Assembly: GCA_951812955.1 (NCBI GenBank)
Contig: OX638340.1
Span: 1,920,001 to 1,984,000, forward strand
Direction of reading: 5' to 3'
Source: an uncultured Gemmatimonadota bacterium
GTDB lineage: Bacteria; JAAXHH01
Length of the DNA stretch: 64,000 nt
Part shown: positions 20,071 to 29,950 of the stretch, one piece after another
Position numbering within the stretch: the first letter of the stretch is position 1
Layout: every line of letters starts with the position of its first letter
Notes under the pieces: model-generated
The model's database searches: none
The model's input: the letters and a program-made list of their open reading frames with translations, nothing else
Told to the model about the DNA's origin: nothing
Translations under genes and position numbers: made by a program

Positions 20071-21918
20071 CTAGGTCAATCCCAGCGACGACAGCTTCTC
20101 CTGGGTGGGTTCGCCTTCCGCGTTCCAACCGCGGAGTTCGTAGTATTCCGGCAGCATCTCGCCGAGCCGGTTTACTTCGCCCTTGGTCGGGCCATCGGGG
20201 ATCGGGTCTTCGAGCAGCCGCTTAGGCAGCGTGTCGTCCTTGCCCGAAAAGCCCGCCCGCTGGTTCCACATGCGTTCGATATTCCAGACGCGTTCTCCGA
20301 CTTCCATCAGTTCGGGTACGGAGTAGGAAATCCCGGTCACCGCCTCGAGCTGGGGCTGTATTTCGTCCAGGCCCACGCCGAAGGTCAGGAACAGGCAGAG
20401 TCCAGACGCGTCCACGGTGCAGGTGGCGTCCTGGAAGATCTTCGTGATCTCTGCTTTACCTTCCGTCACGGCCGGATCCATCTTCTCCGGAATCCCCAGG
20501 ATCTCGGGGGCGACCGTGTAGCTTTTCAAATGGCAGGCGCCTCGGTTCGAGGTCGCGTAACCCAGCCCCATACCCTGGATCGCGCGGGCGTCATAGGCTG
20601 GGAATTCCTGGCCGCGCACGCCCATGAAGTACTCCGGATGATTGAACTTGGCGGTCATGCGCTTCGATCCTTCAGCCAGTTCGTCGCCGAAGCCTTCGCG
20701 ATAGGCCGCCTTCTCCACCATGGCGACCAGCGCTTCGCTGTTACCGAAGTTGAGCGCCATGCCGGTTTGCTCGTCGGTGACTGCGCCGTTTTCGTATAAC
20801 TCCATGGCCGCGGCCAGGGTGGCTCCGAAGGAGATCGGATCCATGCCGAGTACGTTGCAAAGGGCATTGGCCTTGATGAGCGCATCCAGATCGTCGATGC
20901 CGCAATCGGCACCCATGGCCCAGGCGTTCTCGTACTCCGGTCCCTCGACCGCGATCTTCCAGTTGTGCGGCCGCGTGGTCACGGTGAACTTGTCCTGCGC
21001 CTCGCCCGGAAGCTGCGACACCCTCCCGCAGGCTATCGTACAGCCAAAACACGCCTTGTTGGCCACCAGTCGCGTATCGGCAAGGGTCTCCCCGCTGATG
21101 TTGTCCGCGCCTTCGAGCTGGGATACCTGGTGGTTGTTTGTCGGCAGTGCGCCGCTCTCATTGATGATATTGACCAGCACCGCGGTGCCGTATGCGGCCA
21201 GACCCTCACCCGTTACCGGATGCTCGACCAGCTTGCTCTTCATCTCCCACATGGCCGACATGAACTTCTGCGGGTCGGCGATGGGTACGCCCCCGGTACC
21301 GCGTACGGCAATGGCTTTGAGGTTCTTGGAACCCATGACCGCGCCGACGCCGGATCGTCCGGCGGCCCGGTGCCGGTCATTGATGATGGCGGCGAAACGC
21401 ACGAGGTTTTCGCCAGCTGGACCAATACAGGTAACGACCGTGTCGTGCTGTCCCGACTCTTCCCGGACGATGTCGTCCGTCTCCCATACCGTCTTGCCCC
21501 ACAGGTGTTCTGCAGAGCAGATGCGGACGTCGTCATCACAAATGGATATGTAGGACGGAACCGGCGCCCGGCCTTCCACGATCAGCATGTCGTAGCCGGC
21601 AAACTTCAGTTCCGGCCCCCAGTGGCCGCCGGAGTTGGACGTGGTAATGGCGTTCGTCAACGCCCCCTTGGTGATCACCATGTAACGGGAACTCGTCGAT
21701 GCGTTCGTGCCGGTCATGGGACCGGTCGCGAAGATCATCTTGTTGTCCGGGCCCAGCGCTTCCGCCGCCGGGTCCATCTCTTCATAGAGGTACTTGGCCC
21801 CGAGACCGCGCCCGCCAACAAAAGACGTGGCCCAATCCATGTTGAGGGGCTCTTTGGAGATCCGACCGGTGGTCAGATCGACGCGCAGAATCGTGCCTGT
21901 CCATCCGCCGTTGCTCAT
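20071..21918 (-). CDS. aldehyde:ferredoxin oxidoreductase (AOR family), paralog 1
   Basis: Same domain organisation as 18155..19984; start at MSNGGWTG with GGGAGGGAA RBS and ATGA overlap with upstream ferredoxin stop. Confidence 0.85.
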   Translation of the reverse strand: MSNGGWTGTILRVDLTTGRISKEPLNMDWATSFVGGRGLGAKYLYEEMDPAAEALGPDNKMIFATGPMTGTNASTSSRYMVITKGALTNAITTSNSGGHWGPELKFAGYDMLIVEGRAPVPSYISICDDDVRICSAEHLWGKTVWETDDIVREESGQHDTVVTCIGPAGENLVRFAAIINDRHRAAGRSGVGAVMGSKNLKAIAVRGTGGVPIADPQKFMSAMWEMKSKLVEHPVTGEGLAAYGTAVLVNIINESGALPTNNHQVSQLEGADNISGETLADTRLVANKACFGCTIACGRVSQLPGEAQDKFTVTTRPHNWKIAVEGPEYENAWAMGADCGIDDLDALIKANALCNVLGMDPISFGATLAAAMELYENGAVTDEQTGMALNFGNSEALVAMVEKAAYREGFGDELAEGSKRMTAKFNHPEYFMGVRGQEFPAYDARAIQGMGLGYATSNRGACHLKSYTVAPEILGIPEKMDPAVTEGKAEITKIFQDATCTVDASGLCLFLTFGVGLDEIQPQLEAVTGISYSVPELMEVGERVWNIERMWNQRAGFSGKDDTLPKRLLEDPIPDGPTKGEVNRLGEMLPEYYELRGWNAEGEPTQEKLSSLGLT

Positions 21919-22406
21919 GCCGCGTTCCCTCCCTCGATGGACTGCAGATAGGAAGCATTGACCTTTTCGGCCCAGCCACCCAGCCAGTCGGCCGATTCGC
22001 TCTCGGTGTATTCGATCGCGCCGGTGGGACAGGCGACCGCGCAGGCGGGATTGCCGTCGCACAGATCGCACTTGAAGGCCTTCTGCGTATCCGGATTGTA
22101 GAACACCGTGCCGAAGGGACAGGCAATGGTGCACAACCCGCATCCGACGCAGTTTGCATCGGCCACGACCTTGGCGCCGGTATCCGCGTCGACACTGATG
22201 GCGTTAACGGGGCAGGCCGTCATGCACCAGGCTTCGTCGCACTGAAAACAGGTGTACGGCGCGTAACTGGCCTGCTCATCGAAAATGTTCACGCGAATCA
22301 GCGACCGGGATGGTTGAAACATGCCGGTCTGCACCCAGGAACATGCCAGTTCGCACTGCATGCACCCGGTGCATTTTTCGGGTATAATGCGTAGAGATTT
22401 AGCCAT
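21915..22406 (-). CDS. 4Fe-4S multi-cluster ferredoxin (AOR electron acceptor)
   Basis: Four CxxCxxCxxxCP-type cysteine clusters; first gene of minus-strand AOR operon. Confidence 0.8.
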   Translation of the reverse strand: MAKSLRIIPEKCTGCMQCELACSWVQTGMFQPSRSLIRVNIFDEQASYAPYTCFQCDEAWCMTACPVNAISVDADTGAKVVADANCVGCGLCTIACPFGTVFYNPDTQKAFKCDLCDGNPACAVACPTGAIEYTESESADWLGGWAEKVNASYLQSIEGGNAA

Positions 22407-22482
22407 ACCGACTCCCTTCTGTAACGATGAGCTGGGTTTGGAGGCGTTTCTTTCTGCAGTCCAAAAAACGATAACGAGAGCC

Positions 22483-22515
22483 TCTTAGACGGGCCTCAAT
22501 TACGGGGTCTTAAGC
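22483..22515 (-). terminator. hairpin GACGGGC-(19 nt)-GCCCGTC between GYD gene and ferredoxin operon
   Basis: 7-bp stem seen directly; T-rich run (GTTTTTTGG) about 20 nt downstream on minus strand. Confidence 0.3.
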
Positions 22516-22665
22516 CCGTCATCACGAGACGACTGCGATGTGATTCTTAAGGTGGTATCCTTAGAGACTACAGGGGTTACCAATCAGTATAATGACCCTG
22601 AAAAGGATTGGCAACAGCAAAACTTGCGACCGTTCGATTTATCCGCGGAGTCCGGCCGGAATCGA

Positions 22666-22986
22666 TCAGGCTCCGGGCAGCCTGTACGGCACGCTCTTGT
22701 TTACCGCGTCGTCGATCGTTTCCGGCGATAAAAGGACCGTGGTGGAGACTTCGAGCGCGCCTGCCGCGGCCACGTTCAGGGCAATCGCGGTCGCGGTCGC
22801 TTCGTCGGGAACCTCGGCGATGAGAATAAGATCGTCGTCGCCCAGGGCGTAGTAGAATCCTTCCAGCGCACCGCCCATCCCCTCGATCGTCTGCGAAAGC
22901 GCCGCACGCCGCCCGGTTCCGCCTTCCTTAAGAAGTCCCTGCAGGCCGGTTTGCGTGTACTTGGTACGGAACATGTACTTCGCCAT
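22666..22986 (-). CDS. GYD domain-containing protein
   Basis: 'EGFYYALGDDDLILIAEVPD' GYD signature; about 100 aa. Confidence 0.7.
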   Translation of the reverse strand: MAKYMFRTKYTQTGLQGLLKEGGTGRRAALSQTIEGMGGALEGFYYALGDDDLILIAEVPDEATATAIALNVAAAGALEVSTTVLLSPETIDDAVNKSVPYRLPGA

Positions 22987-23301
22987 GGCACCTACCTCCC
23001 ACGGTAGCAGTTATTTGAATCGTGTTGCGCATCCGCCGGACGCGGATAACGGTTTAATTCACAATTGCATGTGCATTTAACAAGGCATGGTCGCGCGCCA
23101 CCTGTCAAGCGGATTTTTGGTCCTGCAGGCAGGCCGAAAACCCTGGATTGCACGGGTTCTGATACGTGGTCGTATTCTGAAGCACTTCCCTTGCGGCAAC
23201 GATGCGTCCCAACCTATATTAAATATACCGGAAACAGTTGATTCCTTGCAAACCCCGGGCAAACAAACAGAATAGACAACTCCCAGACCAGGCCGGCTAC
23301 T

Positions 23302-24123
23302 ATGTCCGCCAAGGATCCCGCCCAGACTTACCGCATGCACGACGCCAATCGCCTTCACTGGGACAAGTCCGCCGGTTACTGGGCTGATATGCGCGAGCGG
23401 GACGGAATGTGGCGCCGCTGTCCGCTGGAACCCGAATTGGGATTCGCGGGCGGCGCCTTCGAGTTGATCGGATCCTTCGCCGGCGACCTGGAAGGAAAGG
23501 AAGTATGCGTCGTCGGCAGCGGGGACAATCATGCCGTCTTCGCCCTGGCGGGCATGAAGGCCCAGGTCACTTCCATCGACATATCGGAAAGGCAACTGGA
23601 AACAGCTTCCGAACGCGCGAAGCACCTGGGCCTGGCGATCGACTTCGTCCAGGCAGACGTGATGGACCTTAAGCCGCTTTGTGACAGGAAGTTCGACCTG
23701 GTCTGCTCGACCAACGGTTTCTTCGTCTGGATCGCGGATCTTCGTGCGGTATTCGAGGAGATCTTTCGCATCCTGAAACCGGGCGGACACTACGTTTTCT
23801 ACGATGTACATCCCTTCCAGAGACCCTGGAAAGACGGGAATCGGACGGTCGAAGTGGACAAACCTTACTGGCAAACCGGACCGTTACTAGACGAAAAAGA
23901 GGGCACCTTCGAATTCAACTGGACGCTCGGCGACCTGCTGAATCCGTTGGCGGATTCGGGATTCGTCCTGGGGCGTATCCTGGAACATCCCGCCGGGAAT
24001 TCGAGCTTCTGGGAAGGATCTTCCTACTTGCCCGGGGAGAAAGACAGCTTGCTCGACTGGAAGGAGAATCCCAGGGCCGCCCTGCCGGTCTGGCTTTCGG
24101 CGGCTCTGCAGCGACCGGGATAG
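23302..24123 (+). CDS. class I SAM-dependent methyltransferase
   Basis: Motif I 'VCVVGSGDN'; paralog of 36389..37201. Confidence 0.7.
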   Translation: MSAKDPAQTYRMHDANRLHWDKSAGYWADMRERDGMWRRCPLEPELGFAGGAFELIGSFAGDLEGKEVCVVGSGDNHAVFALAGMKAQVTSIDISERQLETASERAKHLGLAIDFVQADVMDLKPLCDRKFDLVCSTNGFFVWIADLRAVFEEIFRILKPGGHYVFYDVHPFQRPWKDGNRTVEVDKPYWQTGPLLDEKEGTFEFNWTLGDLLNPLADSGFVLGRILEHPAGNSSFWEGSSYLPGEKDSLLDWKENPRAALPVWLSAALQRPG

Positions 24124-24197
24124 CTCCTGGAGGTCCGACCATACAGCATGGCTATTTTAGTTCAGCAATCCTTTGAATCACTATCCCCGGATGGGCC

Positions 24198-24797
24198 ATG
24201 GGCATGAACGGCGTCGCATACTACCGCGGCCTGCCCATTGGCCGCCGGATCCACGTCACCGGAAACAGTTGTTCCGGGAAATCCACCCTGGCGAACCAGT
24301 TGGCGGCCGCGCTCGAGGTCCCCCGGGTAGAGTTGGACGCCCTCAACTGGCAGCCCGGATGGGTCAGCCTGGCTGATACGGAACCGGAGGAACTGGAATG
24401 TCGTATGACGGTAGCCACGCATGGTGAAGCCTGGGTGGTCTCCGGCTCCTACATGGGGTTTTCCCGGAAAGTCTTCTGGCCGCGCGTGGAGACGGTCGTC
24501 TGGCTGGACCTGCCGAGATACCGGCTTATCTGGCGCGTGCTGATTCGGAGTTGGAAACGCTGGCGGTCGAAGGAGTTGCTATGGGGAACGAATTACGAAC
24601 GATTCTGGCCCAACCTCAAGGTATGGAACCGGGAAGACTCGCTGATCTGGTGGATCATTACGCAGCAGCGCAGAAAGCAGCAGCGCATGCATGCCCTGAT
24701 GGGCGATCCGGCCTGGAACCATATCACGTTCATCCGGCTCGGGTCCGCGGCCGAGATCGACGCGTTCGGGAGGGAAGTAGGGCTTTCAAATGACTGA
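24198..24797 (+). CDS. P-loop NTPase, adenylate-kinase-like (FlaR / topology modulation protein family)
   Basis: Walker A 'GNSCSGKST', 'LDALNWQPGWV' matching FlaR-type kinases. Confidence 0.65.
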   Translation: MGMNGVAYYRGLPIGRRIHVTGNSCSGKSTLANQLAAALEVPRVELDALNWQPGWVSLADTEPEELECRMTVATHGEAWVVSGSYMGFSRKVFWPRVETVVWLDLPRYRLIWRVLIRSWKRWRSKELLWGTNYERFWPNLKVWNREDSLIWWIITQQRRKQQRMHALMGDPAWNHITFIRLGSAAEIDAFGREVGLSND

Positions 24798-24996
24798 ATG
24801 GGACCCTTCGATCCTTTTCAAACGCCGATTAGATAGTACGGCTCTATCAGCGTACATATCCATCTGCTCCGCGCCTTACCTTTCAAACACATACGCTTGC
24901 CTAATCAGATTCAGATACGAGTAGAACAGAAGACGTATCAGGCTAATTCAAAATTAAACTTTGATTTGGCCTAATTTGATGTTTAACTTGCAGATT

Positions 24997-26181
24997 ATGA
25001 TTAAACGAGACCTTGCCGAGGAGTTGAAAAAGGCGGCACGGCGGTTCCCTTCAATCACGCTTACCGGACCACGGCAAAGTGGGAAGACCACACTGTGTCG
25101 AGCGCTATTTCCCCGTCTGCCCTACGCGACCCTTGAAGCGACGGACGTACGCTCTTTTGCAAGGGATGATCCCCGGGGGTTCCTGGCTCAGTTCGCCGGA
25201 GGCGCGATCATCGACGAGGTACAGCGCGTCCCCGACTTGCTGTCCTATTTGCAGGGCGTTATCGACGAAGAACCGGCGCCCGGCCGTTGGATTCTGACGG
25301 GTTCGCAGAACCTGTCTTTGCTCGAATCGGTCAGCCAATCGCTGGCCGGAAGGACCGCCATATACCATCTGCTTCCCTTGAGCCGATGTGAGATCCTGCG
25401 CTTTGACCGATATCCAGTCAGTCTCGAAGAGACGCTGTTCGCCGGGACGTACCCACGGGTTTTCGATCGCGGACTTGAACCGGCTGACTGGTTCAGGTCC
25501 TATGTCGCCACGTACGTCGAGCGTGACGTGCGCTCCACTAACAACGTAGGGGACCTGACGACGTTCCAACGATTCGTAGAGCTCTGCGCCGGGAGAACGG
25601 CGCAACTTGTCAACTATTCGTCACTGGCCAACGACTGCGGCATATCACAACCGACAGCCAAGGCGTGGCTCAGCATACTCGAGACCAGTTTTCTCGTTTT
25701 CCGCCTGCCGGCATTTCACTCGAATCTGCGAAAGCGACTTGTGAAGATGCCCAAACTGCACTTCTACGATACGGGTCTCGTCTGCTGGCTGCTGGGAATA
25801 CGCACGCCCGATCAACTGCGAAGCCATCCGTTGCGGGGTTCCGTCTTCGAAACCTGGGTTGTCTCGGAAATCACGAAACACAGACTCAACCGCGGCGAAT
25901 CGCCGAGGCTAAGTTTCTATCGCGATCGCAATGGCGTCGAAGTCGATCTCATCATCGAACAACCTTCTCATCGAACACTGGTCGAGGCAAAGTCGGGCGA
26001 AACGGTATCCGCGAATCTGTTCGCCGGAGCGCAGAGGGTCCAGAAACATATCACCCGGCCAACCCGCCCGGATTCCATAGCCGTGGTCTACGGCGGCGAC
26101 CAGTTCCAACATCGAACGCCGGGGTCTCTGGTACCCTGGAGTGGGCTTCACGAAGCGGATTTCTGGAAAACGGGGTCCTGA
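24997..26181 (+). CDS. AAA ATPase with C-terminal DUF4143 domain (COG1373-type)
   Basis: Walker A 'GPRQSGKTT', Walker B 'IIDEVQ'; C-terminal DUF4143-like region; start taken at MIKRDLAEEL. Confidence 0.7.
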   Translation: MIKRDLAEELKKAARRFPSITLTGPRQSGKTTLCRALFPRLPYATLEATDVRSFARDDPRGFLAQFAGGAIIDEVQRVPDLLSYLQGVIDEEPAPGRWILTGSQNLSLLESVSQSLAGRTAIYHLLPLSRCEILRFDRYPVSLEETLFAGTYPRVFDRGLEPADWFRSYVATYVERDVRSTNNVGDLTTFQRFVELCAGRTAQLVNYSSLANDCGISQPTAKAWLSILETSFLVFRLPAFHSNLRKRLVKMPKLHFYDTGLVCWLLGIRTPDQLRSHPLRGSVFETWVVSEITKHRLNRGESPRLSFYRDRNGVEVDLIIEQPSHRTLVEAKSGETVSANLFAGAQRVQKHITRPTRPDSIAVVYGGDQFQHRTPGSLVPWSGLHEADFWKTGS

Positions 26182-26228
26182 TGAGTCGGCTCGGTTTGCC
26201 GGATCCCAAACCGGTGCTTTACCGCATC

Positions 26229-26762
26229 ATGCACCTGGCGGTCTGCGTCGCCATAGTGGTATCCTTACCTGCCGCCGCCCAGGAAACAGCGGAGAATAAC
26301 ACCATGTTCTGGTCGACGACGCTGAAGATGATCCGTGCGAAGTTCCCCGGGGTCGCCCAGCTTTCCACCGACAGCCTGCAGGTTTGGCTCGAAGCGGCGC
26401 CGGACCGGCCGGGCCGGGAAAGCCCGTTGCTTCTCGACGTGCGGGAAAAGGAAGAATACGAGGTCAGCCACCTGGAAGGCGCCCTGCTCGCCACCTCGGA
26501 AAAAGAAGCACTGCAGGCGCTGGAAGACGTTCCCCCGGACCAGCCCGTCGTGCTGTACTGTTCCGTGGGCTACCGCTCATCGGAAATGGCCGGCTATCTG
26601 GAGAAGAAGGGGTTCAGGAAAGTCTTCAACCTGGAGGGGTCGATCTTCGCCTGGGCGAACGAGGGACGGCCCGTATACCGGGGCGACGATCGCGCGCATG
26701 TCGTCCATCCCTACGACCGCGTATGGGGCAAGCTGCTGAAGAAGGCGCTTCGGGCTAGGTAA
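26229..26762 (+). CDS. secreted rhodanese-like domain protein
   Basis: Signal peptide 'MHLAVCVAIVVSLPAAAQE'; rhodanese active-site loop 'CSVGYRSS'; an alternative start at 26181 overlaps upstream stop (TGATG). Confidence 0.65.
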   Translation: MHLAVCVAIVVSLPAAAQETAENNTMFWSTTLKMIRAKFPGVAQLSTDSLQVWLEAAPDRPGRESPLLLDVREKEEYEVSHLEGALLATSEKEALQALEDVPPDQPVVLYCSVGYRSSEMAGYLEKKGFRKVFNLEGSIFAWANEGRPVYRGDDRAHVVHPYDRVWGKLLKKALRAR

Positions 26763-26814
26763 GCCGAGGCTATTCGATTTTGGCTGTTGCATTGCTCCCT
26801 TTGGCCTAGTCACG

Positions 26815-26898
26815 AGAAAGGTGGATTGTTGACACGGAAAGGATGGTTCGTTGAAGAGTGGTACATTGTTGAAGCGTAACAGACGAACCGGGGCGGTT
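26815..26898. repeat. copy A of an ~85-bp imperfect direct repeat (partner at 33894..33976)
   Basis: ggtggattgttgacacggaaaggatggttcgttgaagagtggtacattgttgaagcgtaacagacgaaccggggcgg versus copy B; roughly 85% identity by eye. Confidence 0.5.
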
Positions 26899-27150
26899 TC
26901 CCTAATCGATCGGCTCGGGTTCCCTGAACTGCGCTGACGTGACGAGCCAAGTCGCTAATTCAAAGGGTGATCCGTCTAAACGCGTTGACAGGATGGTTCT
27001 CAAATGCTTATAGTCCGGTAGAGAACCACTCAGTTGTATCTCGGCCTCATGCGGTCACGTATTGCGCAGTCCAAAACCAGTAAAATGGCCGTGCGAACTG
27101 CCGATCATGGTATGTTACAGCACACATGCGATGACAAGCGAACGATTAAC

Positions 27151-28098
27151 ATGAACCATTCGCCAACCGATACGTCCGCGCCGACAGGTACGCTCGCGCC
27201 AACCAGGCACGACCCTATCGAAGTTTCTCCGATACGGGCGGTGAACGTGGCTTTGGTCCCTCAACGAAGTCCGCTGCGGTACCCCGGTGGAAAGACGTGG
27301 CTGATTCCGCATATCCGGTTCTGGCTCGGCAAGATCGACCCTTCGCCTCGACTTCTGATCGAACCCTTCGCCGGCGGCGGGATCGTCTCCCTGACAGCGG
27401 TCATGGAAGGACTGGCCGAGCGGTGCATCATGGCGGAACTGGACCCCGACGTGGCTGCTTTCTGGCAGGCGGCGCTCAGGTCCGGACCTGAGCTCTGCGA
27501 CAAGGTGCTGCGCTTCCGACCAACGCGGGAAGCCGTCGAAGCCGTGGCGAGTATCAGACCGAGCGACCCGGTAGACCATGGTTTCCGCACGCTCGTGCTC
27601 AACCGAACGCGAAGGGGTGGCATTCTGGCTCCCGGCGCGGCGCTCAGTCGGGCGGGAGAAAACGGGAAGGGCGTCGCGTCCCGCTGGTATCCCGAAACCA
27701 TCGTAGGCCGTTTACGAGAGATCGCGGAACACGCCGACCGCATCGGCTTTCGCGAAACCGACGGCATCGGGTTGTTGGAGGAGTTGCTGGAAGCACGCGC
27801 GGGATCGGCGCTGGAGAACCCTTCCGACCCGGTGGTCTTCGCCGACCCTCCGTACACGGCCGGCGGCAAGCGCGCGGGAAGGCGGCTGTACACCCACAAC
27901 GAGATCGACCATCACCGGTTGTTCGAACTGCTTGCGGACAGCGGTGCGCGTTTCCTGATGACCTACGACAGGTCGTCCGAGATCGTGGCTCTCAGCCGGA
28001 AGCATGGATTCCACGCGGTACAGGTGACCATGAAGAACACCCATCACGCACGGATACCGGAACTGATCATCACCCCCGAACCGGTGTTCGTCAGTTGA
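27151..28098 (+). CDS. D12-class (Dam-like) N6-adenine DNA methyltransferase
   Basis: 'RYPGGK' motif I region and 'FADPPY' catalytic motif IV; start taken at MNHSPTDT (track ORF begins 27034). Confidence 0.8.
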   Translation: MNHSPTDTSAPTGTLAPTRHDPIEVSPIRAVNVALVPQRSPLRYPGGKTWLIPHIRFWLGKIDPSPRLLIEPFAGGGIVSLTAVMEGLAERCIMAELDPDVAAFWQAALRSGPELCDKVLRFRPTREAVEAVASIRPSDPVDHGFRTLVLNRTRRGGILAPGAALSRAGENGKGVASRWYPETIVGRLREIAEHADRIGFRETDGIGLLEELLEARAGSALENPSDPVVFADPPYTAGGKRAGRRLYTHNEIDHHRLFELLADSGARFLMTYDRSSEIVALSRKHGFHAVQVTMKNTHHARIPELIITPEPVFVS

Positions 28099-28973
28099 GT
28101 TCCCGTTACGGCATCGCGGAATGGTACGGGTTGCCATTCCCCTATCTCCCACCTGCTGCCCGCCATCATCTTGCAAAAAAAGCGTTACGGGAAGACCCCA
28201 ATGCTCCCGCGTGTCCGTTTCAAAACGGCCGGCCTCCATGCCGAAAGCGTGGCGGAATATGTTCCCTTGTTCGCTATGAACGGGATTCGGACGGAAGGCT
28301 TGGCTTGCCAAAAGGAAATCCGGTCATCGTTTGTCCGTCCCGATTCGAGGAAGAGCAACTGCTCGTTACCTGGTTGGCCGAGATCGTTGGCTTTGGACCG
28401 GACGAGGCGATGATCGCTCGCGAAGTAGCCTTCATGGAAGGAACCAGCACGGAGAGACCGGCTGGAAAAATCGATCTAGTCGTCGCCAGGGCCTCCAATG
28501 ACGATCTGAAATGGTTTGGACTGGAAATACAAGCCGTCTATTTCTCAGGTCAAGGCATGCCGTCCGAGTTCGCCAACCTACGGGACGACGATCATCGAAG
28601 ACCACCGTTTCCAAACGCGGTCCGTAGACCGGACTGGCGCTCTTCGAGCGCAAAGCGCCTCATGCCGCAGTTGCAAATCAAAGTGCCGACGCTACGCCGA
28701 TGGGGTTCGAAACTCGCCGTGTCGGTAGACCGGCCGTTTTTCGATTCGATTGGTGGTCCCAGTGCGCATCCCAGCCAGGACCTCAACGATGGGGACATCA
28801 TCTGGTTGATCCCGGAGTTGAAGCGGGAAGCCGGTGGTAACTTCAGGCTCACTCGGGGACATTGGGAAGTGCTCACGTTGGAGGATACGACCCGGAAACT
28901 CCTTGCGGCGGAAACGATCCGGCGGGAAGCGTTTGAGCAGGAGCTCCGCAGCAAACTCGAAGCGCTTCGGTGA
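28095..28973 (+). CDS. NotI-family type II restriction endonuclease
   Basis: N-terminal alignment to R.NotI ('IAEWYG' vs 'IAEFFG', 'CPF', 'GICSL' vs 'GVCVV', 'VCPSRF' vs 'VCPNRA', Cys4 metal site); TTG start overlapping MTase stop (TTGA). Confidence 0.6.
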   Translation: MSSRYGIAEWYGLPFPYLPPAARHHLAKKALREDPNAPACPFQNGRPPCRKRGGICSLVRYERDSDGRLGLPKGNPVIVCPSRFEEEQLLVTWLAEIVGFGPDEAMIAREVAFMEGTSTERPAGKIDLVVARASNDDLKWFGLEIQAVYFSGQGMPSEFANLRDDDHRRPPFPNAVRRPDWRSSSAKRLMPQLQIKVPTLRRWGSKLAVSVDRPFFDSIGGPSAHPSQDLNDGDIIWLIPELKREAGGNFRLTRGHWEVLTLEDTTRKLLAAETIRREAFEQELRSKLEALR

Positions 28974-29073
28974 GGCAGCGGACGACACCCGGGATACTGG
29001 GGTTCAAGATCGACGACTCGGTGTTAACCTTATGTCATCGGATGTGTAGTGCACCCCAAAATGGGACAAGTAG

Positions 29074-29950
29074 TTAAGCTACAGTTTTAACACGTGTCAT
29101 CCTCTGCTCGAACTCGACCGGCGGTCTGTAGTCCAGGGCCGAGTGCAAGCGCTTGCGATTGTATAGTTTGTCGATGAAGTAGCCGATGCGTGATCGGGCT
29201 TCTTCCAGGGATTCGTACTCGTAGAGATAGACCTCCTCGTATTTGAGCGTCCTGATGAAGCGCTCTGCCCTGGCGTTGTCATAGGGGTTGCCTTGCCGGC
29301 TCATGCTGATCCGTATGCCAGCGTTCTTGAGCGTGTCTACATAGGCTTTCGAGGCATACTGCACGCTCCGGTCGGAGTGATGCACAAGCCCTTTCTGCGC
29401 TGGTCTGGCGGCCAGGGCGCTGTCGAGGGCGTTCAGGGCCAAGGTGGCATCGAGGGTTCGATCCAAGGCCCAGCCGATGCATCTTCTGCTGCAGGCGTCA
29501 AGGATCACCGCCAGATAGACCCATTCGCGAGCCAGCCTTATGTAGGTGATGTCGGATACCCAGAGCTGGTTGACATTGGTTACGTTCAGTTCCGGGACCA
29601 GGTTGGCGTAAACGGCGCGGTCGTGATTCGAGTCGGTGGTCGCTACGAAGGCTCGGCGCCGCAGGGCAAGCAGGTTGTCCTCGCGCATGAGACGCAGAAC
29701 GCGCTTGTGGTTCACATGGTATCCCATACGCTTTAGCGCGCGGGTCATGGGACGGTAACCGTAGGCGGGTCAGGAAAGGGCGAGCCTGTGGATCTGATCC
29801 CGCAGTGCAAGGTCCGGATCCGTACGACCACGACGACCGCGGTAGTAGCTGGATCGACCGATCGAGAGCGTCCTGCACAGACGCTTGACCACGGCGCGGT
29901 CGGTGGACGCCTTTGATTGAGCGACCAGGCAGATCATGAGCTTCCTCCAT
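29074..29950 (-). pseudogene. IS3 transposase orfB (integrase core) interrupted by an in-frame TGA
   Basis: 'LCRTLSIGRSSYYRGRR...IHRLALS*PAYGYRPMTRALKRMGYHVNHKRVLRLMRE...DITYI...DRSVQYAS...YNRKRLHSALDYRPP' DDE/rve motifs. Confidence 0.7.

Noticed and set aside
20965-21951. 328-aa plus ORF and other ORFs overlapping the AOR genes
   Set aside because: Antisense or alternate-frame ORFs; AOR homology on the minus strand is unambiguous.
20071-22143. 690-aa version of AOR1 with a 75-aa N-terminal extension
   Set aside because: The extension overlaps the ferredoxin gene in another frame and has no homology; MSNGGW start with RBS and ATGA coupling preferred.
25665-26762. 365-aa ORF spanning the end of the AAA ATPase gene and the rhodanese gene
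   Set aside because: The N-terminal 170 aa overlap the AAA gene out of frame; the real product starts at the signal peptide (26181/26229).
29498-29950. 150-aa minus ORF over the IS3 orfB 5' region
   Set aside because: Wrong frame; the correct frame gives the conserved LCRTLSIGRSSYY transposase N-terminus.
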